Assembly: GCA_040387495.1 (NCBI GenBank) | Contig: JAZKDQ010000001.1 | Coordinates: 62,001 to 126,000 of the forward strand | Direction of reading: 5' to 3' | DNA length: 64,000 bases | Origin: Pseudomonadota bacterium | GTDB taxonomy: Bacteria > Pseudomonadota > Alphaproteobacteria > Paracaedibacterales > CAIOTO01 | Shown here: positions 18,966 through 29,490 of the stretch, piece by piece | Layout of the letters: each line of letters starts with the position of its first letter | How positions within the stretch are numbered: the first letter of the stretch is position 1 | Made by a program: the position numbers and the translations under genes | Notes under the pieces: generated by a model | Seen by the model: only the letters and a program-made list of their open reading frames with translations | Databases searched by the model: none | What the model was told of the DNA's origin: nothing

Positions 18966-19976
18966 AATTGGCAACCTTAAAAAATGCAACCCGTGATGGC
19001 CATCTTGTCGTTGTATCTCGTGATCAAACACGCATGGCGAGCTGCCCGACATATTCAACGATGCAGCCTGCTTTGGATCATTGGGATAAGGCGAAGGGGG
19101 GGGCTTTACGCCATTTTTGATCAATTAAATGATTCCACAAGTTTTGGTGTTCTATTTGATATTAACAAATGTCATTCACCTTTACCGCGTGCCTATCAAT
19201 TTCTGGATGGAAGTACATATACAAAACATGTGGAACTTGCACGAAAATCCCGTGGACAAACGATGCCTGAAACATTTTTCGAAGATCCATTAATGTATCA
19301 AGGTGGGTGCGATACGGCAATTGCACCGCATGATCCGATCTGTGTTTTGGATGAATCCTGGGGAATTGATTTTGAGGCCGAAGTCGTTGTTATCACAGAT
19401 GATGTTCCTATGGGCGTGACTGCAGAACAAGCGGCATCGCATATTCAGCTGATTATGTTGATGAACGATGTGTCCTATCGGAATTTGGTGCCTGCCGAGT
19501 TAGCAAAGGGATTTGGCTTTGTTAATGCTAAAGGACAGCGTGCATTTTCGCCACTTGCGGTAACACCTGATGAGCTTGGCAATGTTTGGCATGATGGTAT
19601 GTTGCATGCAATGTTGTGTTGTGAATTAAATGGTGCGTCTGTTGGCAGATTGAATGCAGGGATTGGCGCGGCTTTTAATTTTCCGCAATTGATTGTACAT
19701 GCAGCCAAAACTCGTGCGCTTGGGGCAGGTACGATTATTGGGGGACGAACAATTTCAAATAATTCCTGGGATGATGCTGGACATGGCGTTGCTTGCTTAG
19801 TAGAAAAACGTATGCTAGAAAAAATGGAAGGCAGCACTATACAAACATCGTTTATGAAAGATGGCGATCGTATACGCATTTATGCAGAGAAGATTGATGG
19901 CGAATCTGGATTAAGTTTGTTTGGTGTTATAGATCAGAAGGTTCAGCTGGAAAATATGAAGAAAATTTACAAATAA
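18962..19976 (+). pseudogene. Fumarylacetoacetate hydrolase family protein, frameshifted at G8 tract 19096-19103
   Basis: MKLATLKN.TRDG.LVVVSRD from ATG 18962 is out of frame with SPLPRAYQFLDGS...IDFEAE...NDVSYRNL. Confidence 0.85.
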
Positions 19977-19990
19977 ATTGTGGATTAAAA

Positions 19991-20023
19991 TAAAAATGCT
20001 CAGATTAAAACTGAGCATTTTTA
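19991..20023. terminator. Bidirectional intrinsic terminator
   Basis: taaaaatgctcag-attaaaa-ctgagcattttta between convergent genes. Confidence 0.8.
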
Positions 20024-20046
20024 TAGAAACAAGTATGAAATTAGTA

Positions 20047-20526
20047 TTAGACCTTAATTAATTCCAATGGAATTCCTGGTTGTTTTTTGCTCGCGCGAAT
20101 GACCATGCGTGTTTTTATTTGTGATACCAATGGGAATGTTGATAGTTGCGTGGATAGAAAATTCTGATATGCATCAAAATCCTGCGCAATAATTTTAAGC
20201 AAAAAATCTGCACCACCAGTTACCATGTAACATTCACGAACAAGTGGCCATTCTTGAATTTTTTCTTCGAAAATACGTAAATCAGCGTCGTTCTGGCTTG
20301 TAAGGGCAACTTCAGAAAAAATTGTTACAGTAAAACCAAGCATTTGTGGATTCAGATGTGCGTGATAGCTTGCAATGATTCCTTGGTCTTCAAGTGCATT
20401 AACACGTCGTAGGCATGGAGGAGCTGAAATTCCAGCTCTTTTCGCTAATTCTACGTTTGTTATACGGCCTGTGTTTTGTAGGTCGTTTAAAATACTTATA
20501 TCAATCTGGTCTAATTTGCCATTCAT
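20047..20526 (-). CDS. Lrp/AsnC family transcriptional regulator
   Basis: LD.ID..IL..LQ..GRITNVELA...GISAPPCLRRV HTH; ECYMVTG..DFLLKI. Confidence 0.95.
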   Translation of the reverse strand: MNGKLDQIDISILNDLQNTGRITNVELAKRAGISAPPCLRRVNALEDQGIIASYHAHLNPQMLGFTVTIFSEVALTSQNDADLRIFEEKIQEWPLVRECYMVTGGADFLLKIIAQDFDAYQNFLSTQLSTFPLVSQIKTRMVIRASKKQPGIPLELIKV

Positions 20527-20656
20527 ATGTATATCCCCATTTTCTGAAATTTTTCTAATTTATGTAGAAAGTTATGTTGCCATTCGGGCTTAAAATTGTC
20601 AATAAATTTTAATTTGAACTAACATACTTATTTCGCATGGGATGGATTATTATGAA

Positions 20657-21136
20657 TTAGGCTTGGAGTAAGGCTGTTACGCGCATGTTATGAGGAGAAA
20701 TTTCATGCCATTTTTCAACTGTGGATTCACAGATAGCAATGCCACACGTTGGAAATACGCGCGCAAGTGTATGGTCTATTGCGTTAAGCATTTGGCTTAG
20801 TCCGGGGTTGTGTCCGACAATCATTATATCTTTATGGAGAGGAGATAGCGTTTGAATTTTGTGCCATAAGCACTCAATACTTGCATGATAGAGTGAATCA
20901 TCATAGTAAACTTCTGCACTGTTTGGCAGAAATTGCTTAATGCCATCTAATGTTTGTCTAGTACGACGTGCGTTTGAACACATGATAAGCGATATATTAT
21001 CAAGCTTGCCATGAATCTTCTGGCGAATAGCATCAATCTCGTGCATACCCGTCATGGTTATGGTACGTTCACGGTCGTTTTTGCCGTATTGTTCAAGCTG
21101 TGCTTGTGCGTGGCGCATAATTGTAATACGTAACAT
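20657..21136 (-). CDS. sixA: SixA-like histidine phosphatase
   Basis: MRHA, D.ER.IT..G, SNARRTRQT, VGHNPG. Confidence 0.85.
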   Translation of the reverse strand: MLRITIMRHAQAQLEQYGKNDRERTITMTGMHEIDAIRQKIHGKLDNISLIMCSNARRTRQTLDGIKQFLPNSAEVYYDDSLYHASIECLWHKIQTLSPLHKDIMIVGHNPGLSQMLNAIDHTLARVFPTCGIAICESTVEKWHEISPHNMRVTALLQA

Positions 21137-21219
21137 ATCGGTTATAGAATTTTAATACATTTCTATTATGATTAGGATAGTACACTTTTTAATCTGACGC
21201 AATTCGTAAGGATAAAAAT

Positions 21220-22368
21220 ATGACAATTTTTAATAAAAATAATTATGACCTGCAATTGTGGCTCTCTGTTCTTCGTTCAAAGGGAATCGGTGCTAAGACT
21301 TTCTGGCAATTATATGCAAGAGATCCTTTGTTTTCCGGGGTTCAGACGGTAAATGTGCTTGAAGAAATACAGCAACATGTTGAGTTAGGATTCTCATTTT
21401 GTGCAGGTTTTGAAGAACACTACCCAGAGAAACTTCGCAGTTTGATTGATGCGCCCCCAGTGTTTAGTTATGCTGGTGATGTGTCCTTATTGCAACAACC
21501 ATGTATTGGTATTGTGGGTGCGCGTAATGCTTCACCAGGTGGTAGACGTTTAGCTCTTGAAATTGCAAATCAACTAGGAAAAGCAGGATTTGTAATTGTA
21601 TCAGGTATGGCGCGCGGTATTGATGGTGCAACGCATGAGGGGAGCATAAAAACGGGTACGATTGCAGTCTTGGCTGGCGGTGTTGATGTTATTTATCCAC
21701 CTGAACATAATAAGTTATATGAGAAATTGCGCGGGGTAGGGGAGGGAGAGAAGGCGAAGGGTTGTATAATTTCGGAAATGCCACTGGGAACAGCTCCGGC
21801 TGCACCATTGTTTCCTCGTCGAAATCGAATTATTGCTGCGTTATGTGATGGTTTGGTGGTAATTGAAGCTGCTGCAAAATCAGGAACATTAATTACTGCG
21901 ATGCATGCAATGGAATTAGGTCGCGATGTTTTTGTGGTGCCTGGTTCACCGCTGGATCCACGAAGCCGGGGTGGTAATGCATTGATTAAGCAGGGGGCAA
22001 TATTAGTTGAATCAGCTGAAGATATTTTGGCGCATTATGTGGATAACAAGCCACGATTGCGGCGAACTCTTGAGGAGCCAAAGCAAGCACAAGCAGTGAT
22101 AACCCCTAAAAGAACTATACCGACTTCTATAGAGAGTCTACCCGAGAAGAAAGAAGCAGAAAAAGCAATAAATACCTTGAATGCTGAAACTTCACATGGC
22201 GATGATTGGCTTAGCTGCCTTGGGCTTGATCCCATTTCAATCGAAGAAATAATGGCTCAAAATAAAGGTCTGACGTCGTCTGCGCTTTTTACGCAACTGG
22301 CTTTATTCGAAATGAATGGGGTAATTAAGCGTTTTCCTGATGGTCGCATTGCGAAGGTGTTTAAGTAA
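21220..22368 (+). CDS. dprA: DNA processing protein DprA
   Basis: IVGARNAS, IVSGMARGIDG..H, FPRRNRII, EAAAKSGTLITA. Confidence 0.96.
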   Translation: MTIFNKNNYDLQLWLSVLRSKGIGAKTFWQLYARDPLFSGVQTVNVLEEIQQHVELGFSFCAGFEEHYPEKLRSLIDAPPVFSYAGDVSLLQQPCIGIVGARNASPGGRRLALEIANQLGKAGFVIVSGMARGIDGATHEGSIKTGTIAVLAGGVDVIYPPEHNKLYEKLRGVGEGEKAKGCIISEMPLGTAPAAPLFPRRNRIIAALCDGLVVIEAAAKSGTLITAMHAMELGRDVFVVPGSPLDPRSRGGNALIKQGAILVESAEDILAHYVDNKPRLRRTLEEPKQAQAVITPKRTIPTSIESLPEKKEAEKAINTLNAETSHGDDWLSCLGLDPISIEEIMAQNKGLTSSALFTQLALFEMNGVIKRFPDGRIAKVFK

Positions 22369-22373
22369 TGGGG

Positions 22374-23009
22374 TTAAGTTTTTTGAATAAGCATCACACC
22401 ATCATCTAATGGTACAATTGATACCGTTATGTCTTTGCGTGCGAACATGACTTCGTTAAAGGCAGTTATATAGTGTGCATTTAGATCTGTTGTTTCAGGG
22501 TTTAGAACTTCACCGTCCCATAGTACGTTATCAACAGCAATAAACCCGCCGGGGGCAAGCAATTTTAGGCAAAGATTGACATAGCGTTCATAGTGCTTTT
22601 TTGAAGCATCGATAAATATGAAATCAAATGGTTGTGTTGAATCAGTGATAAGTTGCTGCAGAACAATAGTTGCATCACCATAAATAAGTTTGATGCGGTC
22701 AGAAACATCGGCTTCAGCCCAAAAGCGTTTTGCGAGTTTTGTCCATTCTTGATTGCGGTCGATAGCAACAATTTGACATGTAGGCACGGTGGCTTCAGCA
22801 AAGGTGAGGGCGCTAAAACCTGTATATGTGCCAAGTTCAAGGATGCGTTTTGGTTTTGTTAAGCGTAATAAAAAGCCTAGGAAATGAGCCAGCTCAGGTC
22901 GTATTTGCATATGACCTTCAGGCATTCGTTTGTTTTGTTCTTGAATTTTGTTTTGTGTTTCTGAGAGAGTCACACAATTAGCCAAGTAGGCAATTAGCTT
23001 GTCATTCAT
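22374..23009 (-). CDS. Class I SAM-dependent O-methyltransferase (caffeoyl-CoA OMT family)
   Basis: LELGTYTGFSAL, FDFIFIDA.K..Y, GG.IAVDNVLW.G. Confidence 0.92.
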   Translation of the reverse strand: MNDKLIAYLANCVTLSETQNKIQEQNKRMPEGHMQIRPELAHFLGFLLRLTKPKRILELGTYTGFSALTFAEATVPTCQIVAIDRNQEWTKLAKRFWAEADVSDRIKLIYGDATIVLQQLITDSTQPFDFIFIDASKKHYERYVNLCLKLLAPGGFIAVDNVLWDGEVLNPETTDLNAHYITAFNEVMFARKDITVSIVPLDDGVMLIQKT

Positions 23010-23482
23010 TCTGCTGTATTTGAATCGTCTTTGATCTGTAATTCTGAATCTTCATTTGGTTCAGTTTCAGGTGCTTCTGGTTGTATAACAGCAGCAAGCA
23101 TTTTGTGAATGCGCTCTGCTTCATCAAAACTTGTATCAAGTTGAAAATGCAGGTCTGGTGTATGACGCAACTGGATTTTTGTGCCGAGATGCTTACGTAA
23201 ATACCAGCGCTGTAGGCGCACGAAAATGAGGGCCTTTTCTTGTTCGGCACCACCCAGTGGCATAATATAACATGTTACATGCTTTAAGTCAGGAGATACT
23301 TCAACCTTCGTGACTGTGATAGGTGTGGTAAAAGACAAGAAACCATTGCCGCTTGGGTTACGTACGACTGGTAGGTCGCCCCGGGCAAGTGCCAGTGCCA
23401 GATGATGTTTGATCTCCTCTGACACTTTCTTTTGTCGATGACTTGCCGCTTTCGCGGGTACGAATAGTTCTAAGCGTGCCAT
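23006..23482 (-). CDS. rbfA: Ribosome-binding factor A
   Basis: RQKKVSEEI, ITVTKVEVSPDLK, LRHTPDLHF.LD.SF; follows infB. Confidence 0.95.
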   Translation of the reverse strand: MARLELFVPAKAASHRQKKVSEEIKHHLALALARGDLPVVRNPSGNGFLSFTTPITVTKVEVSPDLKHVTCYIMPLGGAEQEKALIFVRLQRWYLRKHLGTKIQLRHTPDLHFQLDTSFDEAERIHKMLAAVIQPEAPETEPNEDSELQIKDDSNTAE

Positions 23483-23491
23483 TAACTGATC

Positions 23492-26437
23492 CTATAATTT
23501 ACGTGCAATGGATTCGATTTCGAAGCACTCAACCATATCACCTTCGCGGATATCGCTGAAATTCTCAAAAACCATACCGCATTCAAAGGATTCTTTAACT
23601 TCTTTAACTTCATCTTTAAAGCGTTTCAATGACTTGAGGTCGCCTTCATGAATAACAACACTATCACGGAGCAATCGAACTTTAGCCCCACGTTTAACGG
23701 TACCTTCTGTTATGTAGCAACCCGCAACTTTTCCGCCAACCTTAGAAATCATAAATACACTGCGAATTTCGGCCGTGCCTTGATATTTCTCACGTAACGT
23801 TGGTGCGAGCAAGCCACTTAAGAGTCCACGAACTTCATCAATGACGTCGTAAATAATTGAATAGTAACGTATTTCCACGCCATCTCGGCGCGCTAAATCG
23901 CGTGCCTGTGGGTTGGCGCGTACGTTAAAGCCAATAATAATACCACCTGATGCTTTTGCTAGGGTGATGTCACTTTCATTAATGCCACCAACTGCGCCAT
24001 GCAAAATACGCGTAGACACTTCTTCATTACCAAGTTTTCCAAGGCTAGCAATAATGGCTTCAAGTGAACCTTGAACGTCAGCTTTTATAACGACTGGCAT
24101 TTCACGGATTTCACCATTCGCAATACGGCTCATAATACTTTCCATGCCGCCTTTGGTTTTGACTATAACTTGTTTTTCGCGGTGACGACGTTGACGGTAT
24201 TCTGTAATTTCACGTGCTTTTTGCTCTGACTCAACGACGAAGAATTCATCGCCTGCCGCAGGAACACCATTAAAGCCTAAGACTTCAACGGGCATAGATG
24301 GAATTGCCGTATCAATTTTATGTGCATGATCGTTAACAAGAGCCTTAACGCGACCCCATTCTTGGCCAGCCACAAAAATATCACCCATTTTCAGCGTTCC
24401 GCGTTGCACCAAAACTGTAGCTATTGTTCCGCGACCTTTATCGATCTTGGCTTCAATAATAACACCCTGTGCACTTCGGCTTGGGTTTGCTTTTAGTTCA
24501 AGTATTTCAGCCTGTAGAAGAATAACTTCTTCTAGCTTTTCAAGGTTCATACGCTTTTTAGCAGAAACATCGACGGCCATGACTTCGCCACCAAATTCTT
24601 CGAGCAAAATACCATGCTGAAGGAGCTCTTGACGAACACGTGCAGAATTCGCACCCGGTTTATCCATTTTGTTAATAGCAACAACCATAGGTACATTAGC
24701 GGCCTTCGCATGGTTGATGGCTTCAATTGTTTGTTCCATGATGCCATCATCAGCCGCAACAACAAGGATAACAATGTCAGTTGCGTTTGCACCACGTGCG
24801 CGCATTTCACTAAATGCTGCGTGGCCTGGTGTGTCGATAAAGGTGATTTTTTTGCCCGATTGCATAGTAACTTGGTAAGCACCAATATGTTGGGTGATAC
24901 CACCAGCTTCTCCGCTCACAACATCTGTTTCACGAAGGGCATCAAGGAGTGAAGTCTTTCCGTGGTCAACGTGACCCATGACGGTAACGACAGGTGCACG
25001 TGGAATAAGGTCAACTGTTGTATCCTCTGATGCGCCGCCTAAACCAATTTCAATGTCAGAGTCAGCAACACGCTTTGGGGTATGGCCAAATTCACCGCAT
25101 ATAAGTTCTGCAGTATCAGCATCAATTACCTGATTGATGGTGACCATCATGCCAAGTTTCATGAGGGATTTTACAACGTCCGCTCCACGTACAGCCATTC
25201 TGTTTGCAAGTTCGCCTACAGTCATGCTTTCTGGAATGATAACTTCACGAATGATTTTACCTGCATCACATTGATCGTCATGATTCTGTTTGAAGTGCTT
25301 TTGACGAGCACGTTTAACAGATGCAAGTGATCGACCGCGCTTTTCTGAGTCACCGTCTAATACACGTGTTAAAACATTTCTATTTAATTTACGTGGCGCT
25401 TCTTGTGTTTGCCCAGGACGTGTTCTAACAGGAGCTTTCTTAGGGTCAGCTTTGTTTACCGCAGATGTATTTGCTTCTTCTTCATCTTCTTTACGACGAG
25501 GCTTTGCTGGTATTGCACGATGATCTGCACGATTTTTTTCTAAAATCGGATCTATAACAAGAGGAATCTGAGTTGTCGCAGGAGCACCCTTTATTTGTCC
25601 TGGTGCACCTGGACGTGGTTTTGGCGCATAGCCTTCAGCACGAAAAATGATAGGCTGTATATCGTCTTTTGATATGGGCCTTTTCTTAGGGTCAGCACTT
25701 CGTGGTTGATAAGGCGGACGTGCTCCTGCTGAGTCTGTCCCTGCGTTTGGACGTCTTTCAGCGTAAGGACGAGTATGTCCACCAGCTGGACGGTCTCCAG
25801 ATGGCCTGTCACTACTATAGGGCCTATCGCTATGACGTGGGTTACTTGGTGCGTTTGAATCACTACGATTACGAGAATTATTATAAGAATTATTACGCGT
25901 ATCTGTGTGTGTTGAGACAGGTTTGCTCTCGTGGCTTGTTGCGGACGAATGCACATTAATTGCACTGTTTTGCTCTGTAGAAGGTGATGGTTGAGTCGCC
26001 GCTTCTGTTCCAACAGTGGTTAACTCAGGATTCTCAACAATCTCACGTGCCCGCTCTGCTTCTGCAGCTTTGAAAGCAGCTGCTTCCATAGCTGTTTTCG
26101 CATCATTAATTTTCTTTTGAGAATCTTCTTCATTTTGACGAATCATTGATTCACGTAGAACACGCATACGTACATCAAATTCATTTCCGGTTAACCCGCG
26201 CGATGCTGCTGCTGCTGCCATAGGGTCATCTTTATGACGATCTTGTGCAGCAGTTCGCTTACGCCTAACTTCTACCTCGACAGTTTTTGAACGACCATGA
26301 GCAAAACGCTGACGCACCTGATCACGTTCAACAACAGGACGTGTATCCACTTTTTTGGTTAAAGTGAGAGTTTTTTTCTCTTCACTTTTTCCAGTTTTTT
26401 CTTCATTTTTATCAGTTGTTCCAGTCATTCCGGTCAC
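23492..26437 (-). CDS. infB: Translation initiation factor IF-2
   Basis: [31 protein letters not shown]. Confidence 0.99.
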   Translation of the reverse strand: MTGMTGTTDKNEEKTGKSEEKKTLTLTKKVDTRPVVERDQVRQRFAHGRSKTVEVEVRRKRTAAQDRHKDDPMAAAAASRGLTGNEFDVRMRVLRESMIRQNEEDSQKKINDAKTAMEAAAFKAAEAERAREIVENPELTTVGTEAATQPSPSTEQNSAINVHSSATSHESKPVSTHTDTRNNSYNNSRNRSDSNAPSNPRHSDRPYSSDRPSGDRPAGGHTRPYAERRPNAGTDSAGARPPYQPRSADPKKRPISKDDIQPIIFRAEGYAPKPRPGAPGQIKGAPATTQIPLVIDPILEKNRADHRAIPAKPRRKEDEEEANTSAVNKADPKKAPVRTRPGQTQEAPRKLNRNVLTRVLDGDSEKRGRSLASVKRARQKHFKQNHDDQCDAGKIIREVIIPESMTVGELANRMAVRGADVVKSLMKLGMMVTINQVIDADTAELICGEFGHTPKRVADSDIEIGLGGASEDTTVDLIPRAPVVTVMGHVDHGKTSLLDALRETDVVSGEAGGITQHIGAYQVTMQSGKKITFIDTPGHAAFSEMRARGANATDIVILVVAADDGIMEQTIEAINHAKAANVPMVVAINKMDKPGANSARVRQELLQHGILLEEFGGEVMAVDVSAKKRMNLEKLEEVILLQAEILELKANPSRSAQGVIIEAKIDKGRGTIATVLVQRGTLKMGDIFVAGQEWGRVKALVNDHAHKIDTAIPSMPVEVLGFNGVPAAGDEFFVVESEQKAREITEYRQRRHREKQVIVKTKGGMESIMSRIANGEIREMPVVIKADVQGSLEAIIASLGKLGNEEVSTRILHGAVGGINESDITLAKASGGIIIGFNVRANPQARDLARRDGVEIRYYSIIYDVIDEVRGLLSGLLAPTLREKYQGTAEIRSVFMISKVGGKVAGCYITEGTVKRGAKVRLLRDSVVIHEGDLKSLKRFKDEVKEVKESFECGMVFENFSDIREGDMVECFEIESIARKL

Positions 26438-26477
26438 AATTACTCAATCTAAAGTTAGTGTTTCTGTTTAGTCTAAG

Positions 26478-28013
26478 CTACTCTGATTCTTCGAACCAAC
26501 CAGCGCGTGCCTTCATAATAGCATCATTGGCAGATTCAATTGACATTGCATCCTGGCCTAATATTTCTACAACCTCGTCGCCTGCTAGGTCAGCAAAGTC
26601 GTTTAGTGTTCGAATTCCTGATTCACATAATTTATAAAGACTTGTTGCATCTAAATCATCAAAATCAACCAAATCATCAGAAGCGCCCATTGAACGACAT
26701 TTCTCTCGAAGTTCTTGATCACGTTTGTTTAGATAACTAAGTGCTCTATTTTGTAATTCTGCGCCAATATCTTCATCTAGACCTTCAATTGTTGCAAACT
26801 CAGAAACATCACTATAAGCAATATCTTCAACACGTGAAAAGCCTTCAGCAGCAAGTAATTGCGCTAAAATTTCATCCACATCAAGTGCTTCCGTGAACAA
26901 GTTCGTACGTGTAGTGATATCTTCTGCGCGACGTTCTTGGTCTTCGGTTTCAGTAATGATATCGATGCTCCATCCTGTCAATTGTGATGCTAATCGAACA
27001 TTTTGTCCGCGGCGTCCAATTGCAAGACTAAGCTGAGTCTCGATAACGACAACTTGAACCCGCTGTGTATCTTCGTCAATAACGACTCTAATTACTTCGG
27101 CTGGAGCTAATGCATTTACTACATATGTCGCAGGATTTTCAGACCACGGAATAATATCAACTTTTTCACCGTGAAATTCATTCACAATTGATTGAACACG
27201 TGAGCCTCTTATGCCAACGCATGAACCAACTGCATCTAATGATGAATCGTTTGTTAAAACAGACATCTTCGCACGGCTGCCCGGATCACGTGCAACACCT
27301 TTTATTTCAATGATACCGTCATAAATTTCAGGAACTTCTTGCTCAAAAAGACGTGCCATAAAGTGAGGATGTGTACGTGATGTGGAAATCATTGGACCAC
27401 GTGCATCCGGTCTAATTTCCGTAATTAAAACACGAACACGGTCGCCAACACGGAATGTTTCCCGCGGTATCATTTCTTCACGACGCAATATGCCTTCACC
27501 ACGTCCAAGATCAAGTACAACATTACCAAACTCAATTCGTTTTACAATGCCACTAATGATCTCGCCAATACGATCTTTGTATTCTTCATATACGTGCGTG
27601 CGTTCTGCCTCACGTACTTTTTGAAAAATAACTTGACGCGCACTTTGCGCAGCGACACGACCAAATTCAATCGGAGGCAATGCTTCAGAAATCTCATCAT
27701 CAAGCTCAAATGTTGGGTCAATCTTTTGTGCTTCTTCCAGCGTGATTTGCTGATTAGCATCTTCCACTTCTGTGACAACCAGTTTGTAGCGCGCAATATT
27801 TACTTCGCCTGACGTGCGATCTATATCAACACGAATATCATGCTCAATGCCATATTTTGCTTTGGCAGCTTTCTGTATGGCTTGCTCCATTGCAAATAGC
27901 ACTTCATCACGTTCAATATTTTTCTCACGTGCGACAATATCTGCTATCTGCAACAACTCATGTCTTGGTTGTGCGGCAAACGCTTCGTTTGGTTTAATTT
28001 TTCTGCTAGCCAA
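26478..28013 (-). CDS. nusA: Transcription termination/antitermination factor NusA
   Basis: FGRVAAQSARQVI, ARDPGSRAK, LAIGRRGQNVRLASQLTGW. Confidence 0.99.
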   Translation of the reverse strand: MASRKIKPNEAFAAQPRHELLQIADIVAREKNIERDEVLFAMEQAIQKAAKAKYGIEHDIRVDIDRTSGEVNIARYKLVVTEVEDANQQITLEEAQKIDPTFELDDEISEALPPIEFGRVAAQSARQVIFQKVREAERTHVYEEYKDRIGEIISGIVKRIEFGNVVLDLGRGEGILRREEMIPRETFRVGDRVRVLITEIRPDARGPMISTSRTHPHFMARLFEQEVPEIYDGIIEIKGVARDPGSRAKMSVLTNDSSLDAVGSCVGIRGSRVQSIVNEFHGEKVDIIPWSENPATYVVNALAPAEVIRVVIDEDTQRVQVVVIETQLSLAIGRRGQNVRLASQLTGWSIDIITETEDQERRAEDITTRTNLFTEALDVDEILAQLLAAEGFSRVEDIAYSDVSEFATIEGLDEDIGAELQNRALSYLNKRDQELREKCRSMGASDDLVDFDDLDATSLYKLCESGIRTLNDFADLAGDEVVEILGQDAMSIESANDAIMKARAGWFEESE

Positions 28014-28042
28014 AGTAATAACCTCTTTAACACAATATATTT

Positions 28043-28516
28043 TTAATTAGGTACATGTAAACGAGCCACTCGAATATCGCTATAACTAAGCTCAATGTCA
28101 GTGGATTTGTCATCGTTAGGTTGATCCAGTGATACCCTTATACCCGTTTCTGAAGCAAATTCCAATGTTCCTTGAAATTTCTTTCTATTTTTTATTGAAA
28201 AATTTGTTTGCAACGACACAGGTTGGCCTATAAACCGAATGAAATCCTTAGGTTTGACTAAAGGTCGTTCAAGGCCAGGCGATGAAATTTCAAGGGTGTA
28301 AGCATCAGAAATCCAATCTTCTACGTCTAACATTGGTGATATCAGGCGACTTACCTTCTCGCAATCTTCAATTCCAATGTTAACATCATCAAGACGCTCG
28401 ATCATAATTTGGAGTGTTTTTCGTATATTCCCAGTGTTTTGAATACGTACCACGGCATACCCGTCATCATGCATGACAGGCGCTATGAGGTCTTCAATTC
28501 GTTGACACAGTTCCAT
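28043..28516 (-). CDS. rimP: Ribosome maturation factor RimP
   Basis: EDCEKVSR, YTLEISSPGLERPL. Confidence 0.97.
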   Translation of the reverse strand: MELCQRIEDLIAPVMHDDGYAVVRIQNTGNIRKTLQIMIERLDDVNIGIEDCEKVSRLISPMLDVEDWISDAYTLEISSPGLERPLVKPKDFIRFIGQPVSLQTNFSIKNRKKFQGTLEFASETGIRVSLDQPNDDKSTDIELSYSDIRVARLHVPN

Positions 28517-28563
28517 TAATTTTCCTTATTTTAGATAGTGATAGTTTGAATTAGTTTTTATTT

Positions 28564-29040
28564 TTACTTTTTACGAAACGCATCAAGTGTTACGACGTTT
28601 GTTTCACCTTCGGCTAAAGGCTTTATTTCTTTTTTCTCAGGCTCAAGTAAAACTGATAAATCAAGCTCTTCATATGAATCGAGTGAAGGAGTGAACTCCA
28701 GCCCAAAATTCACTGACGGATCTACAAATTTGATGACAGCATCAAATGGAACAACGATACGTTCATCTGCATTGTCAAAACTTAGTGTAACAGCAAAAAA
28801 AGTATCATGAATTTCTAAATCCCAGTATTCATGTTGCAAAACGATTGTCATATCTTCGGGATAATCTTCTCGCAAAAACTCTGGAATTTGAACGCCAGGA
28901 TAGTTTGTTATAAAATCGATATAAAAATGATGTTTTCCTGGAAGGCCATTTTTTGCAACATCTATTAAGACATCACGCATAACCTTGCGAATGGCGGTTT
29001 GCACCAGCTCTTCGTAATTGATTATGTCATTTTGCTTCAC
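28564..29040 (-). CDS. sspB: ClpXP adaptor SspB (alphaproteobacterial type)
   Basis: LPG.HHFYI.F, YPE.MTIVLQH, DPSV.FGL.F, C-terminal VVTLDAFRKK ClpX-binding tail. Confidence 0.95.
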   Translation of the reverse strand: MKQNDIINYEELVQTAIRKVMRDVLIDVAKNGLPGKHHFYIDFITNYPGVQIPEFLREDYPEDMTIVLQHEYWDLEIHDTFFAVTLSFDNADERIVVPFDAVIKFVDPSVNFGLEFTPSLDSYEELDLSVLLEPEKKEIKPLAEGETNVVTLDAFRKK

Positions 29041-29066
29041 AAGAAATCTCCTTAAGTATTTATTTA

Positions 29067-29433
29067 GTGAGGGGCATTCTGTTGCCCGGGGCCCCCCAAA
29101 CCGCTACTGGAAAACCACTGTATTATTCGTAAAACGAACTTTTAAGCAGCTTTAGCTACTACGCGACGTGTGCGGTTGCGGTTAGCAACGTTACGGTTAC
29201 GGTTTGCTGTGCGTGTTTGACCACGCCCACCAGTTGAAGAAGTACGAATTGTGCCTCTTATAAGTTTCAGTCCGATAACGGTGGTACTATGCCGAGCAAA
29301 ACGAATATCTTTATTACGCACGTCGATCCTGTTTCGTCCCCATAAAAAAGACTTGGTGGAGACGCCGGGTACCGCCCCCGGGTCCGCAACGCCTATTACA
29401 TAGACGGTTTATTGCCATAGATAGTTTCCTATC
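29067..29433 (-). ncRNA. ssrA: Circularly permuted (two-piece) tmRNA; outer ends approximate
   Basis: Piece ending GACCCGGGGGCGGTACCCGGCGTCTCCACCA (CCA at 29356-29354), 12-nt spacer, then piece starting GGGGACGAAACAGGATCGAC at 29341; acceptor stem GGGGACG/CGTCTCC with G3-U70; upstream of sspB. Confidence 0.95.
29142..29255 (-). other. tmRNA tag reading frame: GTIRTSSTGGRGQTRTANRNRNVANRNRTRRVVAKAA*
   Basis: UAAGA immediately before GGC (U-5/A-4 resume signal); open frame ending GCT GCT TAA. Confidence 0.75.
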
Positions 29434-29490
29434 AATACTAAAAATAGTCCTTTTTTAAAAAAATTCAAGGTATTAATTGAGAATAATGAA

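Noticed and set aside
18984..19103. ORF-track N-terminus MQPVMAILSLYL... for the FAH gene
   Set aside because: Artefact of the G8 frameshift; the family-like N-terminus starts at 18962 in another frame.
25590..26010. Low-complexity DRP/RP repeats in the IF-2 N-terminus
   Set aside because: A variable, low-complexity N-terminal linker is normal for IF-2.
29354..29400. tRNA-like 3' half ending in CCA, possible tRNA-Ala or split tRNA
   Set aside because: It pairs with the GGGGACG segment 12 nt further along the minus strand and is explained as part of the permuted tmRNA.
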